Below, piece after piece: positions 11,345-24,029 of a stretch of DNA of 53,449 bases (positions are counted from its first letter, which is position 1; each line of letters starts with the position of its first letter). Both the position numbers and the translations under genes were made by a program. Under the pieces are notes generated by a model. It ran no database searches and had not been told where the DNA came from. It saw only the letters and a program-made list of their open reading frames with translations. This DNA comes from Octopus bimaculoides (lineage: Eukaryota): assembly GCF_001194135.2 (NCBI RefSeq), contig NC_068982.1, positions 120,615,469 to 120,668,917 on the forward strand. The letters run 5' to 3'.

Positions 11345-12700
11345 GTCGCATTCTTAATATCCAAAAATGATTGAAAGAATATGAAAGTAAGAACACAAAA
11401 ATAAGCAACAGTTTTCGTAAACTCATCGGAATACGATTAGTCATCGAGATTTGATTAGCTGTCAGAAGCTGTTAGAATGTGATACATATTTATTGACACA
11501 ATTGTCACATGCAAAACACGTGGTAGATTTATCTGTTTACCGCATTAGTGTGTGTGAGTGTATGTGTGTGTGTGTATGTGTGTGTGTTCGTGTGCGTGTG
11601 TGTTTCTATGTATATAGCATACAGATAGCAAAATGTCTATTTTTAATGTGATTTCAGTGTTGGTGAGTATGTTTTGTTTTGTTTTGTTTTGTATTTTTTT
11701 GGCTTATTTTGCTTTAATTGTTTTCGCTGTTCGATCAGCTTTCATGGCATTAAAAATCCATTGAATGGGAAATAGATCATTTTACCTAGTTTGATATTTG
11801 AAAATCCATCAATAAGTACCAATAAAAATTCAAGAATTACAATATTCTGCTCAATTCTGGTGTCGTGGAGGTAATGGTCGCATTTTCTGAAGCCATTGGT
11901 GTTGAACCTAGAATGGCACGTGTTCTATAAAGGACCAATCGATTTCCTTAATATTTTCTTTCAAATTTTAGATATATTTGGATAGTGTTGTGGTTAGGCG
12001 TCCAGATGTATACATATTGCCAAAGATCATTTCATAAAATAGTTTTCTGTGGTAAGAAGCTTTCTTCTCAACGACATGGTTCCAGGCTCAATTTCACTGC
12101 CTGTCACCTTGGGCAAGTGTCTTCTACTATAGCCTCGGGCTAACCAAAATCTTGTAAGTGGATTTGATAGACGTAACCTGAAAGAAGTGTCTCTGTGTCT
12201 GTGTTTGTCCCCCGCTACCACTTGACAACAGGTGTTGGTATGCTCATGTTCCCTTAACTTAGCAATTCGACAAAAGAGGCCCGTAGAATAGGTACTAAAC
12301 TTCAAAAAATGAGTCCTAGGGTCAATTTGTTCGACTAAAGCCCTTCAAGGGGGTGCCCCAGCATGGCCGCAGTCAAATGACTGAAACAACTAAAACATAA
12401 AAGATAAAATTTTGTTTCACTGTTATTTGCGAAGGTTATATCCTAACTCGATAAAGTAATCGTTTAGAAAGACTGTCACCATTCTCAGGTCAGATATTAG
12501 GGTCGTTATTATTACATAGGCGAGAAAGATTTTTAACGTGATCGTACTGCAAAACAATCTTTCCTGTTAATACTGGCGCTAGAAAGAACAAAGGTTTTGA
12601 TGCTACTTTAGCTCAAATTGACGCTTTTTCTGTTAACTAGAAGTACACGTGCAACTTCGATAATTATTTTGAAAACACTATGATAAAATTATACAGAGAA
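11345..12700 (-). mobile_element. Penelope-like element 3' module (GIY-YIG domain + 3' region), copy A, interrupted by a SINE
   Basis: Minus translation SKLHVYF...RLCNNNDPNI*PENGDSLSKRLLYRVRI...TTLSKYI*NLKENIKEIDWSFIEH matches the PLE linker/GIY-YIG pattern (CNC..CPLNG.CL.K..IY.A; T.LSK.IW.LK....I.W.I). Homology to copy D extends to ~13135. Confidence 0.75.
12047..12408 (+). mobile_element. tRNA-derived SINE, family 2
   Basis: tgtggtaagaagctt...ccttgggcaagtgtcttctactatagcctcggg...cagcatggccgcagtcaaatgactgaaac. Absent at the equivalent point of PLE copies B and C. Confidence 0.9.
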
Positions 12701-13135
12701 TCTTGAAATATGTGTATATGTGAAACATGTATGTGTGATTATATGTCTGCAGCAGCGTTCTGTGTACAGTACTCGCAGTCACTCTCCACCAATCTCCCCT
12801 CGGCAAACACTGTTCCCTGTTTCTCACACTCTCCCTGTATTCGTCACTTCCTGAAACTAACCATTTCATCATTTAACATAATAGCGGTCCCTGTCTCCTA
12901 CCGGTAGGGCATTCCTATCAAATAAACATTCCTCGTATCTGTCTGTCTGTGTCTCTTTCTCATTCGCCTCTCCCTCCAATTAATCATTTCACAGCATACG
13001 ATACGTACACGAACCTATCAATATTATATACATTCCGCACCGTGAAATCCATATTAACTATTCACGGTGTTATCAGATTATAATAAAATGTACAAAAACT
13101 CTATTGAATGTTTTGACAGTTTTTCTTCACTTGCA

Positions 13136-13169
<34 letters not shown>

Positions 13170-13495
13170 TTCCATGACATTCTTAAGAAGTCATTTATTG
13201 ACCAGTCTTCAAAAACCTACCTGGATATATATATATATCATTCCTACAGTTCAGTTTTCAAAATTTCATTCTTCATCAGGTGTATTGATAATTGTTATAT
13301 TTTTTAGAACATTTTCAAATTGAAAGTAAGGATTCTTTTACGGTGATTTTGATAAATTGCTTTCGACAGGGAACTTCTCGGTAGGATACTTCTTTGGTAT
13401 GTGAATCTTTGAATTCATTAAATATATATNNNNNNNNNNNNNNNNNNNNNNNNNNNNNNNNNNNNNNNNNNNNNNNNNNNNNNNNNNNNNNNNNN

Positions 13496-13561
<66 letters not shown>

Positions 13562-13961
13562 ATTATAATACTGGCTATCGCCCCATTGCATGGTTTTGAC
13601 TAAGGGGAAACTACACAACACCATGGTCGGAACCAGCAGGTTTGACATAACCTACTGGATACATACATACGTACATACATACATACATACATACATACAA
13701 ACATACCTATGTGTGTATATGCAAAAATGCATGCATGTATGTATGTAATTATTCAGTTTTATTTCAAGATTTCAGGCCAATAGAAGAGTCGGTTTCTAAC
13801 CTAGATCCAAGACTCCTTCACCGGAATTTCAATATCAGCAGGGTATGTTTGTATGTATGCATGTATGTAAGTATGTACGTGTGTGTGTATGTATGTATAT
13901 GTGCAGATTTGTATGTTTTGTTTTATGTATGTATTCTCATGAATATATTGATAGTTGCATG

Positions 13962-16370
13962 TCAATATGGACGTGGGTAAATAGCGTTGGGTCATCCAGA
14001 TCTTATCTAGACAGGGTATCTTGTAGGTCAGCAGATTAAGAAAAACATAGGTTATCCACAATTTGAAGTTGTCAGCTATACAGACCACAAATTTATGATC
14101 TGTATGGTCGACATAGGTAGGCTCCATAGGCAGGGTCCCGGATACTGGAAGCTAACCGCGTCTTTCCCGGTGCGCCAAGCTTTCAGAGACCGGATTAATT
14201 AGTTAGTCCATCGAAAATTGACGGGTACAGTCAACAACCGATAGTGGGCAGCCCTAAAATGGGCGGTTAGAGTAGAAGCTGTAGAATTTAGCAGGGAATT
14301 AGCGATAGAGAACACTAGAGAGAACTAGGGAGAACTAGTTAGGAAGTTAGAAGAGGCACTCAGTAGAGGCGTAGCGACCGACGTGCTGGCAGCGAGGTTG
14401 GTTCTGAACTAATTCTTCAACACCAAGCTTGAAGGTTTCATTATCAGAGCTAGGGTACGTGCTCTAAGACACGAGGGAATAAAAGCCGTTCGCTGGGCCC
14501 GAGTGGCCGAGGCGCAACGTGGCAATAAAACCACAATTCGGTCTTTGATGGGTCGGGACGGGCGCATGCTACGCGAGTCCAAACAGATTTGTACGGAATT
14601 TCAGCGGCACTTTGCTGAACTATATGAGACGCACAGTGGTTCGGAGGCGGAGGTGAACTTCACCTACCTCGATGGACTGCCGCGACTTTCGGCCAGAGAT
14701 GTGGAGTTCTACGAAATGCCGAAAGATGTATGAAACGTACTGGACAGTTGCACGAGGGAGATGTCTCCGGGATTGGATGGTCTGCCTTTCGAACTTTATA
14801 TTCATATGCCAGACTTGTTCGGTGAGATTTTGGTAGAAGCCTACCGCAACTGACAGCAGAACGGGAGAATCCCCAGATCTGTGAGCCGAGGTGTGGTGAC
14901 GCTACGGAGAAAGGATCTGAACAAGAGGGACATTGTTGATAACTTTAGGCTTGTAATTCTACTAAATGCAGATTACAATATTTTGGCCAAGATATTAGCA
15001 AAAAGGTTGGCGCTTGTCGTGGTCAGACTGGTGGGTGATGCGCAGACTTGCGCTATTCCCAACAGATCTATCCACGACAACTTCCATCTCACGCGAGGGA
15101 TGGTAAAGAACCTGGCATGGGTGGGGCCCTGATCAATTTGGATCAGTCGAAAGTCTTCGATAGTGTCGACCATCGGTACTTGGAGGTTGGCTTCGGTCCC
15201 ATTTTCAGAGGCTGGATCGCTGCAATGTACGACATTTGTTCGGTGGTCAAAGTAAATGTACCTGTCGGAATCGTTTAGCATCACCCGTTTGGTCCGTCAA
15301 GGATGCCCACTCTCACCCTTTCTCTGTGTACTGGCACTCGAGCCATTACTGCGAAAGCTAGATGTTTCGAGGAACATCCCGCGTGAGCTAGGATGTGGAA
15401 GAGGTGTGTCAGCGTGTGAGGCCGATGTTACCGTGATAGTGTCGGATGTCTCTGAAATAGAGATGGTCGGCACTACGCTAAGGGAATACGAAGCGGTGAC
15501 AAGTGCAATGATTAACCAGGAGAAATCAGTGAGCCTGCAGCTCGGCACCTGGAGAGGCAGGTCCATGCCGACCTACAGCGCTGTGGGGCACTGGACGGAA
15601 GGACCGGTTAAGTTGCTCGGTGTCTGGTTTGGTCCGGACCTCCAAGTGGACAAGAACTAGAGAGAGGTGACAGACAGGGTGGCCAGTCTCACCCATAAAT
15701 GGGCCGAGAGGAAGCTGTCACTGAAAGGTCGGGTGAAAGTGGTGAATGCGTACAACGCATCCGTCATATACTACCACCTGACTGTTGTCCCTTGTCCCAC
15801 TTCGTGACTAAACAGGCTAGTGCCCTTACTCTTCTGCTTTTTGTGGAAAGGAAGGGTACCGCTTGTCAGACAGTCCATTTGCTGTCAGCACTTGTTGCGT
15901 GGAGGACTGGGCATGCCGTGGCTGGTGATGCGCAGATATGCGCTGAGGCTGCAACATCTCCAGTGATACCTTAGCTGTGAGCAGGTGTGGTCGCCGTTTT
16001 TTCGACGCGCTTTTCTAGAAACCTCTGCCCTGGCAGTGCTACCGGGGGGGGNNNNNNNNNNNNNNNNNNNNNNNNNNNNNNNNNNNNNGGGGGGGGGGGG
16101 TGCTACCGGTTCGTGATAAACTCTACAAGCACGGATGTGCAGTCAGACGGTTTGTCCGAGATGCATGCGGAGCGAGGAAACCGTTCTGCATGCACTAGTA
16201 CAGCGTCCGTTCATTACTGACTTGTGGAACTTCGACGAACAGTTATTTTCACGTGTACGACGGATCCGGCTATAGTCCGAGTTCATTATGAAGATTGTCC
16301 TGCTTCCTTTGGCCGGGAAGCAAAGGCAGTTTTTCTCTATCTGGTGGCTATGACGAAAGAGGTCGTATGC
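13962..16370 (+). mobile_element. L1/Tx1-clade LINE ORF2 pseudogene (5'-truncated)
   Basis: AP-endonuclease end (SYLDRV, TDHK, GPGYWKL); RT motifs (NFRLVILLNADYNILAKILAKRL, LDQSKVFDSVDH, RQGCPLSPFL, SACEADV, VKLLGVWFG); C-terminal zf-RVT-like LPVRDKLYK..C..C...ETVLHAL. Many stops and frameshifts. Confidence 0.9.
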
Positions 16371-16451
16371 TGCTGCCACTTCTCATGCGAACATCAATAT
16401 TGATAGTAGTAGTAGTAGTAGTAGTAGGAGGAGGAGGAGGAGGAGGAGGAG

Positions 16452-16645
16452 GAGAGCCGGCAGAATCGTTAGCACACTGGACGAAATGCTTAGTGGCATT
16501 TCGTGCAATTTACGTTTTGAGTTCAAAATCCGTCGGGGATTTCTTTTATTCTTTTGGGGTCGAAAAATTAAATACCAGTTAATCACTGGGGTCGATGTGC
16601 TTTATACTCTCCCCCAAACATGCTGGCCTTGTGCCAAAAACTGAA
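16452..16645 (+). mobile_element. tRNA-derived SINE, family 1
   Basis: gagccggcagaatcgttagcac...gagttcaaaatcc...ggggtcga; degenerate ATT/GTT tail; preceded by (TAG)n(GGA)n. Confidence 0.85.
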
Positions 16646-16734
16646 AGTATAGTTATTATTGTCTTTGTTGTTGATTTTGTTATTGTCGTTGTTATTACTG
16701 TTGTAAGTAGAAGTTCCTTGACTTGTTACCCCGA

Positions 16735-17810
<1,076 letters not shown>

Positions 17811-17894
17811 TCCATTTTCTTTTCTCTCGTCTTTCTTACTCTTTTTCATTTGTACTCTTGCTTCCACACAAGTATCTGTCTTGACTATATAAGA

Positions 17895-18065
17895 TGGCCT
17901 CCCTTGAAACAGCAAAGGTTAATAAAACACTCCAAGATATTTCTGCAAACAATAAACAAGTTTTACAGTTGATTAGCCGTTCCTCTCCTTGGTGCCTGCT
18001 AAGAGACAGTCTATCAATATCGCTCTTGAAGTGGAATGCTCGGTGCATTATGAGCAGTTTTCTTG
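17895..18065 (+). mobile_element. Possible CRE/NeSL-type RLE LINE C-terminal relic
   Basis: ORF 17894..18187 contains WCLLRDSLSISLLKWNARCIMSSF, resembling the RLE terminal helix (R..LSIAL.R.NA.CI..S). Short and degenerate. Confidence 0.35.
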
Positions 18066-18148
18066 ATTTTGGGTCTAACTTCTACAATATCTGTTTCCTT
18101 TTATTGATAATAATTTTATTGTACTATACCACAATAATGCAATGGCTC

Positions 18149-18149
<1 letters not shown>

Positions 18150-18185
<36 letters not shown>

Positions 18186-19905
18186 GAATGAGAGAGCGGC
18201 GCATGCCATCAAAGTGATCCTGGGGTACAAATATATGAAGCCCAATACACCCATCGTGAGTACCTGTCTGATAAGGGTACACCAGGCACATGCACCACAA
18301 CCATATGTGCACGACATGGTGACCTCATATCAAGATAAACAGCGCATGACCTGTTAGAATTTTTTCGGGTCAAGTAGCCCATCCCGTTCAAAAGGTCCTT
18401 GAATGAGGGTAGTTTAAGGATGTTGAACGAAACACCCATGTTTCCAGAGGTGAATGTTCAAATCCCAAAGAATTTTTCTCAAGAAGTAGCTATGCTGCTT
18501 CCCCACTACCTACTTCTGCTCGTGATCAGAGATGCACCTATCGTTCACCACTAAGGAACATGCTCAACTGATTGATGTCAAGCAACTGACAAGTAAATCT
18601 GTGGTATTCAGCAGAATATTTGCTGTAACGCATCTTTTATATCAAGACAAAACAATGTACATAACACTTCCAATGTGTTAAGATCGGAAGCCATGGGAGC
18701 CAGTGTCTGGTACAGAATGAAGGCATGAGTTCAAATTCCGCCGAGGTCGACTTTACCTTTCATCCTTTCGGGGTCGATTAAACAAGTACTAGTTACGCAT
18801 TGGAGTCGATGTAATCGACTTAATCCCTTTCTCTGTCCTTGTGTGTCCCCTCTATGTTTAGTCCAACTGTGGGCAATAAAGAAATAAATTATTATTATAA
18901 TTATTATTATTATTATTATTACTATTATTATTATTTGTTTGGCTTTTGCTTTGTGTTTGTACAAGTTGATTCCAAGTCCCACCCAGAGACCTCAAGATAC
19001 AAAAACTAGAAGTTCAAGTCGGTATTATAACTAGGGTGCCATATTTTTAGTTTTGCACAGAGTATTGTTCTAGAGAGTGTCTGTCAAAACATAAGAAATT
19101 AAAAGTTTGTTTTAAAAGTAATTTGATAAGATGATAGTGTGACCTTAAGATGACAGTAAAAGGTGTTTACTAATATGTACATTTAAAAGTATTTTTGATA
19201 ATGTTTACAGATTAACATGTTTTTGGAATCACATAGGCAATACTTTTTCGAGTAGCCCATCCCGCTAAAAAGGGCCCTGAATGAGGGTTGTTTAAGAGTG
19301 ATTAACGAAATACCCATATTTCCAGAGGCAAGTTATTCAAAGTCCAAATAATTCCTCTCAAGATTTGCTATGATGTTTCCCTAATACTTCTGTTCTTGAT
19401 CAGAGATGCACATATCATCAGCCACCAAGGGATATACTCAACTGGTTAAGGTCAAGCAACTGACCAGCAAATCTGTAGTATGAGCAGAATACTTGATGCA
19501 AACTATCTTTTACGCCAAGACAAAGTATGTATATATTAACACCTCCAATGAGTTAATATCAGAAGCTATGAGAGTTACTGCGTGGTACTGCATCGGGGTT
19601 ATTATTATTATTACTTTTATATGTTTGCCTTTTGTTTTGTATTTGTACAAGTTGACTCCAAGTCTCACCCAGAGATCTCAAGTGACAAGTTAGAAGCTCA
19701 ATTTGGTGTTATGACTAGTGTGCTATATATTTGGTTTTGAACAGAGTATTGTTCCAGAGAATTGTATCAGAAAAAACAAGTAAATTAGAAATTTGTTTTA
19801 AAGGTAATTTAATTATAAAATGATAGTCAGATGTTAAGATGAAAGTAAAAGGTGTTTGCTATTATGTACATTTAAAAGTATTTTGATACTGTTTACGGAT
19901 TAAAA

Positions 19906-19941
<36 letters not shown>

Positions 19942-19945
19942 GTGC
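18150..19945 (-). mobile_element. Two-fold repeated non-LTR cassette (segment X + R4/Dong-like 3'UTR Y) embedded in (AAT)n tracts
   Basis: X at 18190-18715 is repeated partially at 19245-19600. Y at 18925-19240 is repeated at 19610-19895; its minus strand ends gaggtctctgggtg(g/a)gacttgga.tcaacttgtacaa...(taa)n. ATT/AAT runs at 18150, 18890, 19600 and 19905. Confidence 0.65.
18722..18890 (+). mobile_element. tRNA-derived SINE, family 1 (5'-truncated)
   Basis: gagttcaaattccgccgaggtcgactttacctttcatcctttcggggtcgat...; nested between X and Y. Confidence 0.8.
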
Positions 19946-19974
19946 AGGAGTAGTAAAAATTTTCTTTATCAACT

Positions 19975-20119
19975 ACATGGTTCCAGTTCTCATTGCATAG
20001 CACTTTGGGCAAGTATTTTCTACTATAAACTCGGGTCGACCAAAACCTTGTGAATGGATTTGGCAGACAGAAACTGAAAGAAGCCCGTCGTGTATGTATG
20101 TATGTATGCGTGTGTGTGT

Positions 20120-20161
<42 letters not shown>

Positions 20162-20372
20162 GTTTGTGTCAATCTTTTTCCCCCAGCACCGCTTGACAAC
20201 CAGAGTTGGAGCATTCCCGTTCCCGTAAACTGTCGGTTCAGCAAAAGATATCGATAGAAGTACCAGGCTTAAAAACGATAAGTACTGGGGTCGATTTGTT
20301 CGACTAAAATTCTTCAAGGTGGTGCTCCTGGATGGCTGCAGTCTAAATGACTGAAACAAGTAAATGATAATG
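19975..20372 (+). mobile_element. tRNA-derived SINE, family 2, with internal microsatellite
   Basis: acatggttcc...gggcaagtattttctactata...ggaaactgaaagaagcccgtcg, (TATG)/(GA)/(CAGA) core, then gcagtctaaatgactgaaacaagtaa. Confidence 0.85.
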
Positions 20373-20429
20373 GATTATTATCATTATTATTATTATTAAT
20401 GTAAGTAGAAGTTTCTTTACGTTTTACTC

Positions 20430-21370
20430 CCAAGTTTCCGATTATTCAAATATTTAAAAAATAACTGAATAAAATGGGAGCGGGGCAGGGTTACAAAAAT
20501 AGGTAAAAGATATTTGTAAACACGTCAAAATACGATTAGTCATCGAGATTTGATTAGCTGTAAAATTAAATTGTTCGAAAACGCGTAAGACGTTTATTGA
20601 CACAGTTGTCACATTCAAAACACGTGGTTGACTCATTATTTTAAAAGTAAAAGCATGTGATACGATTTTAGCTTTAATATTATTGATTATTCTTTGGGGT
20701 TTTTTTTTTCTTTTTGGTGGCGGGGTGGGTTTTTTTGTGTTTTTTTTTTTCTAATGCGATCAACTTTCAAGGCATTGAAAATCCATTAAATGGGAAGTAC
20801 ATTATTTTAGCCAGTTGATACTTGGAAATGCATATTTACATTTCGACGAGTATGTCTGAAAGAATTCACAAATTCCGATATTTTGCTTAATAATGCAAAC
20901 GGTTATGATAGGAGGTAATGATCACATTTTCTGAAGACAATAACATTGTATGTAAGATGACACGTGTTCTGTATCGGACCAATCGATTTTGTTAATATTA
21001 CCTTTAAGTTTTTTTATATATTTAGATAGAGACGTGTTTAAGCATCTAAACGTAAATATTTATCAAAAATCTTTTCTTAAAATAGCTTTCAGTAAAACCT
21101 ATTTAGCATTCTGCCTCACTGTTATTTGCAAAAGTGATCTTAACTCGATAAAGTAATCATTTAAAAAGACACTTGCAGATATTAAGGTTGTTAAAATTAC
21201 GTAGGCGAGAAGAATGTTGTACTTACGTACTTCAAAGAGTTCGTCTGTTCATATTGGCTATGGAAAAGCGAAGGTTTTTGGGTTACTATAGTTTAACTTA
21301 ACTTGGAAATTCGACAATTATTTTGAAAATTATAAGATAGGTAGAAATTTATAGAAAATTTTGAAAAATG
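20430..21370 (-). mobile_element. Penelope-like element 3' module, copy C
   Basis: Colinear with A and B (tacgattagtcatcgagatttgattagctgt; cacattttctgaag; ggaccaatcgattt; taactcgataaagtaatc). Minus translation LSKYIKNL..NKIDWSDTEH..CYCLQ..LSKISEFVNSFRH. Confidence 0.75.
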
Positions 21371-21403
21371 TGAGAGAGAGAGAAAAAAACGAGAGAGAGT
21401 GCT

Positions 21404-22790
21404 GTGTAAGAGTACGACGCCTCCTGGCGAGAATTCCACTACATATAAATAGTAGCGATCTGAGTAAGTGAGGCGGTTTATGTGTTGATATTTCAAAGCT
21501 GGAGTTCAAAGTTCGAGTTAGCGTGTTGGATAGTTGGTTCTTAAAATATTGTTGTTACGTTACGTGTTGTTACTGCTGTTTGTCTCGATTATATTATTAC
21601 ACTGTTGCAGTGTATTCGTTTATCCATAAGGATATAACAGCTGGCGAGGAAGATGGTTCGAAACTCATATTGGTTATTTGACAATTTCTGCGTCATGGAA
21701 AACCTGTTAGCAGCAGCAATACAGCTTCAAGAGAAGCAACAGGAACAACTGCAAGAGTTGAAGAAACAAATACAACAACAATTAATTGAGTTACAGTTGG
21801 TGAAGTCCGAAAATCCAGCATGGTCGTTTACGCTAGACGGCGTGGCTAACACAACTTTTGAATTTGCGTAATCCAGAGGAGGATATTACGTTTTCCGCAT
21901 ATTATAGAAGATACGAGGATATTTTTAACAACGAGTGCAAGTCATGGTCTGGGGAACAGAAAGTAAGGCTTTTACTACGCAAGTTAACTCCTGCCAAACA
22001 TGAGCATTACTGTAACTTTATTTTGCCCTAAAAGTCGAATGAGATTGGTTTCCAAGAAACCATGGAACTGCTTCAAAAAATTCTTGTGATAGAAGTTCAC
22101 TATTCAACACCAGAATGGAGTGTTGAAACTTAACAAAAAATGAGGAAGAGGATTTTATCACCTACGCTGGAGTAGTTAAACGTATGTGCGAGAATTTCAA
22201 ACTCCAGGATCTCACTCAGGATGATATGTTCAAATCACTTATCTTCGTCTAAGGATTTATAGCACCTGAAGATAGAGAAATTCGGGCGAGGATGCTCTCG
22301 AAAATGGAGCAAACCAACCAGGATTTATCTCTACAGACCATTGCAGAAGAATGTCAGTCTATGATAAATCTTAAACATGATGTGAAAAAATACAAGACAA
22401 AAAATTCAAATGTGTCGTCCCGAGAAGCACAATCGAAGAAAGTGTCAGGCCCAAACCCGTGTCATGGTTGTGGCCTGACATTTTCAAAAAGGATTGTCCA
22501 TTTAAAAACAAAAAGTGCTATAGCTGTCAGAAACTGGGACGCAGGAGCTCTCATTGTGGAACAAGACTACGAGGCTCAAACACAAAAAGTTCTAAGGTGT
22601 TTTCAACGGAGAGTGATTGCGACGAAAAACAAGAAAATTCGTGCACGAGAAATAAATGATGTGAATACCAAATTACTGTTAGACACAGTTAGTGATATTT
22701 CAGTTATAAAGGCGGATACTTGGAAAAAATTGGTAAACCGAGATTACGTAAAACAGCGAAAATAGCGCTTGATGTAACGGGCAATAAATA
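21404..22790 (+). mobile_element. Gypsy-type LTR retrotransposon 5' fragment (LTR-PBS-gag-zinc knuckle-protease)
   Basis: Putative LTR ~21404-21639 (TG...aaca) followed by PBS-like tggcgaggaagatgg. Gag FSAYYRRYEDIF..KVRLLLRKL..; knuckles CHGCG..HFQKDCPFKNKKCYSCQKLG..SHC; protease LLLDTVSDISVI. Truncated before RT, with stops and frameshifts. Confidence 0.85.
21642..21656 (+). promoter_or_regulatory. Primer-binding site, tRNA-Ser(GCU)-like
   Basis: TGGCGAGGAAGATGG directly after the LTR end; 13/15 match to TGGCGACGAGGATGG, the complement of the eukaryotic tRNA-Ser(GCU) 3' end. Confidence 0.65.
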
Positions 22791-22794
22791 GGAT

Positions 22795-23240
22795 GTACTT
22801 TTAATGTTGGTGAGTAAATTGATGGTTATTTGTTTCCAATATGTGATGATCTTTGATGGTATTGAAAATCTATTTAGGGGAAAATACTTTATATATTTCG
22901 ACGGATGTGTCTCAAAAAATTCACGAATTCCAATATTTTTATCAAAATAGGAAAAGGCTGTGAGAGGAAGCAAAGATCACATTTTCTGAAGACATTAATG
23001 TTGTAGGTAGATTGAAACGTGTTCTATAATGGACCAATCGATTTCGTTAATATCATTCCTTAAGTTTTAGATATATTTGGATAGTGTTATGGTGTGCGTG
23101 TTTGTACTGGCTATGGAAAGGACGAAGTTTTTGGTGCATCTATTGTTCAATTTAATGCTTCCTATTAACTAAAAATACCCGTTAAAATACCCTGGTTATT
23201 TTCAAAACTGTAAGATGGATAGAAATTTATAGATACCCTT
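22795..23240 (-). mobile_element. Penelope-like element 3' module, copy D (3' part lost at the Gypsy junction)
   Basis: Colinear with A-C. Minus translation LSKYI*NLRNDINEIDWSIIEHV..LIKILEFVNFLRH. 23560-23700 also matches 12990-13135 of copy A. Confidence 0.7.
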
Positions 23241-23482
23241 CAAACATGTGTGTCTAGTTGTACTTGAGATTGTGTTTGTAGTGGCGTTCCCTTGCATCTA
23301 CTCTCACATATACCACTCTCCGTCTGTAAGCACACTTCCCTCCTCTTTCTCTCTCTCTTTGTCTATCTATCTCTTTTTCTTCATCTCTTCCGAAAACTTT
23401 GCATTCAATCACTTGACACAATAGCTATCTCTGTCTCTTGTTAGCAGAACTGCAACCCTCTTTGGTAAGCTCTCTCTATCTC

Positions 23483-23523
<41 letters not shown>

Positions 23524-23794
23524 CTGTTTGACTTTCCCTTTAATTTACCCCTTGACAACGTAACATACGTTCACTAGCACATTAATATTATTGGAAATCG
23601 ACAATGTGAAATCCCTATTAACTAATCACTGTACTTCAGATTAAAATGTAGAGACATTATTGTATTTGTTGAGCAATATTTACTTCACTTGCAAACACAC
23701 ACAAACACGCACAGAAGAAATCTTTGCAGAACGAGCATACTTTTTGTTTTTATTTTTTACCGATACAGTTACATTTGGGTTTCTACATTATTCC

Positions 23795-23975
23795 ACTATC
23801 TAGCGCATCGTACAAGATGCTTAGTAGTACTTGATCTAATCTATTTACGTTCCGAATTCAAATGTCATGTTAGTGACATTTGAATTGAATACCAGATGAA
23901 CACTGATGAGGGGCGATATAATCGAATAACTCCCTCCCCTCCAATTTCAAGCCTTGTGCCTATAGTAGAAAGCAC
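23795..23975 (+). mobile_element. Degenerate family-1 SINE with internal inverted duplication
   Basis: Head tagcgcatcgtacaagatgcttag...gttccgaattcaaa and tail cgatataatcga...aatttcaagccttgtgcctatagtagaaag; centre replaced by a 13-bp hairpin. Confidence 0.6.
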
Positions 23976-24029
23976 CATGTGCAACACTTTGAAACTATTA
24001 TTACTTTTTTTCTTGATATTTGCTATATT

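Noticed and set aside
13769-13842. 74-nt exon-like segment with ttttatttcaag acceptor and AGG|gtatgt donor
   Set aside because: The donor is formed by the adjacent (TATG)n repeat, no partner exon or protein similarity is evident, and it is probably part of a repeat.
16022-16110. gtgctaccgg duplicated around a poly-G/N gap, resembling a TSD
   Set aside because: The sister Tx1 copy near 53200 shows this is native WQCYRGxLPV coding sequence with an unresolved G-run.
23902-23930. CTGATGAG...CGAA hammerhead-like string
   Set aside because: It aligns with the actggggtcgatataatcga 3' part of a family-1 SINE; there is no GAAA core or stems.
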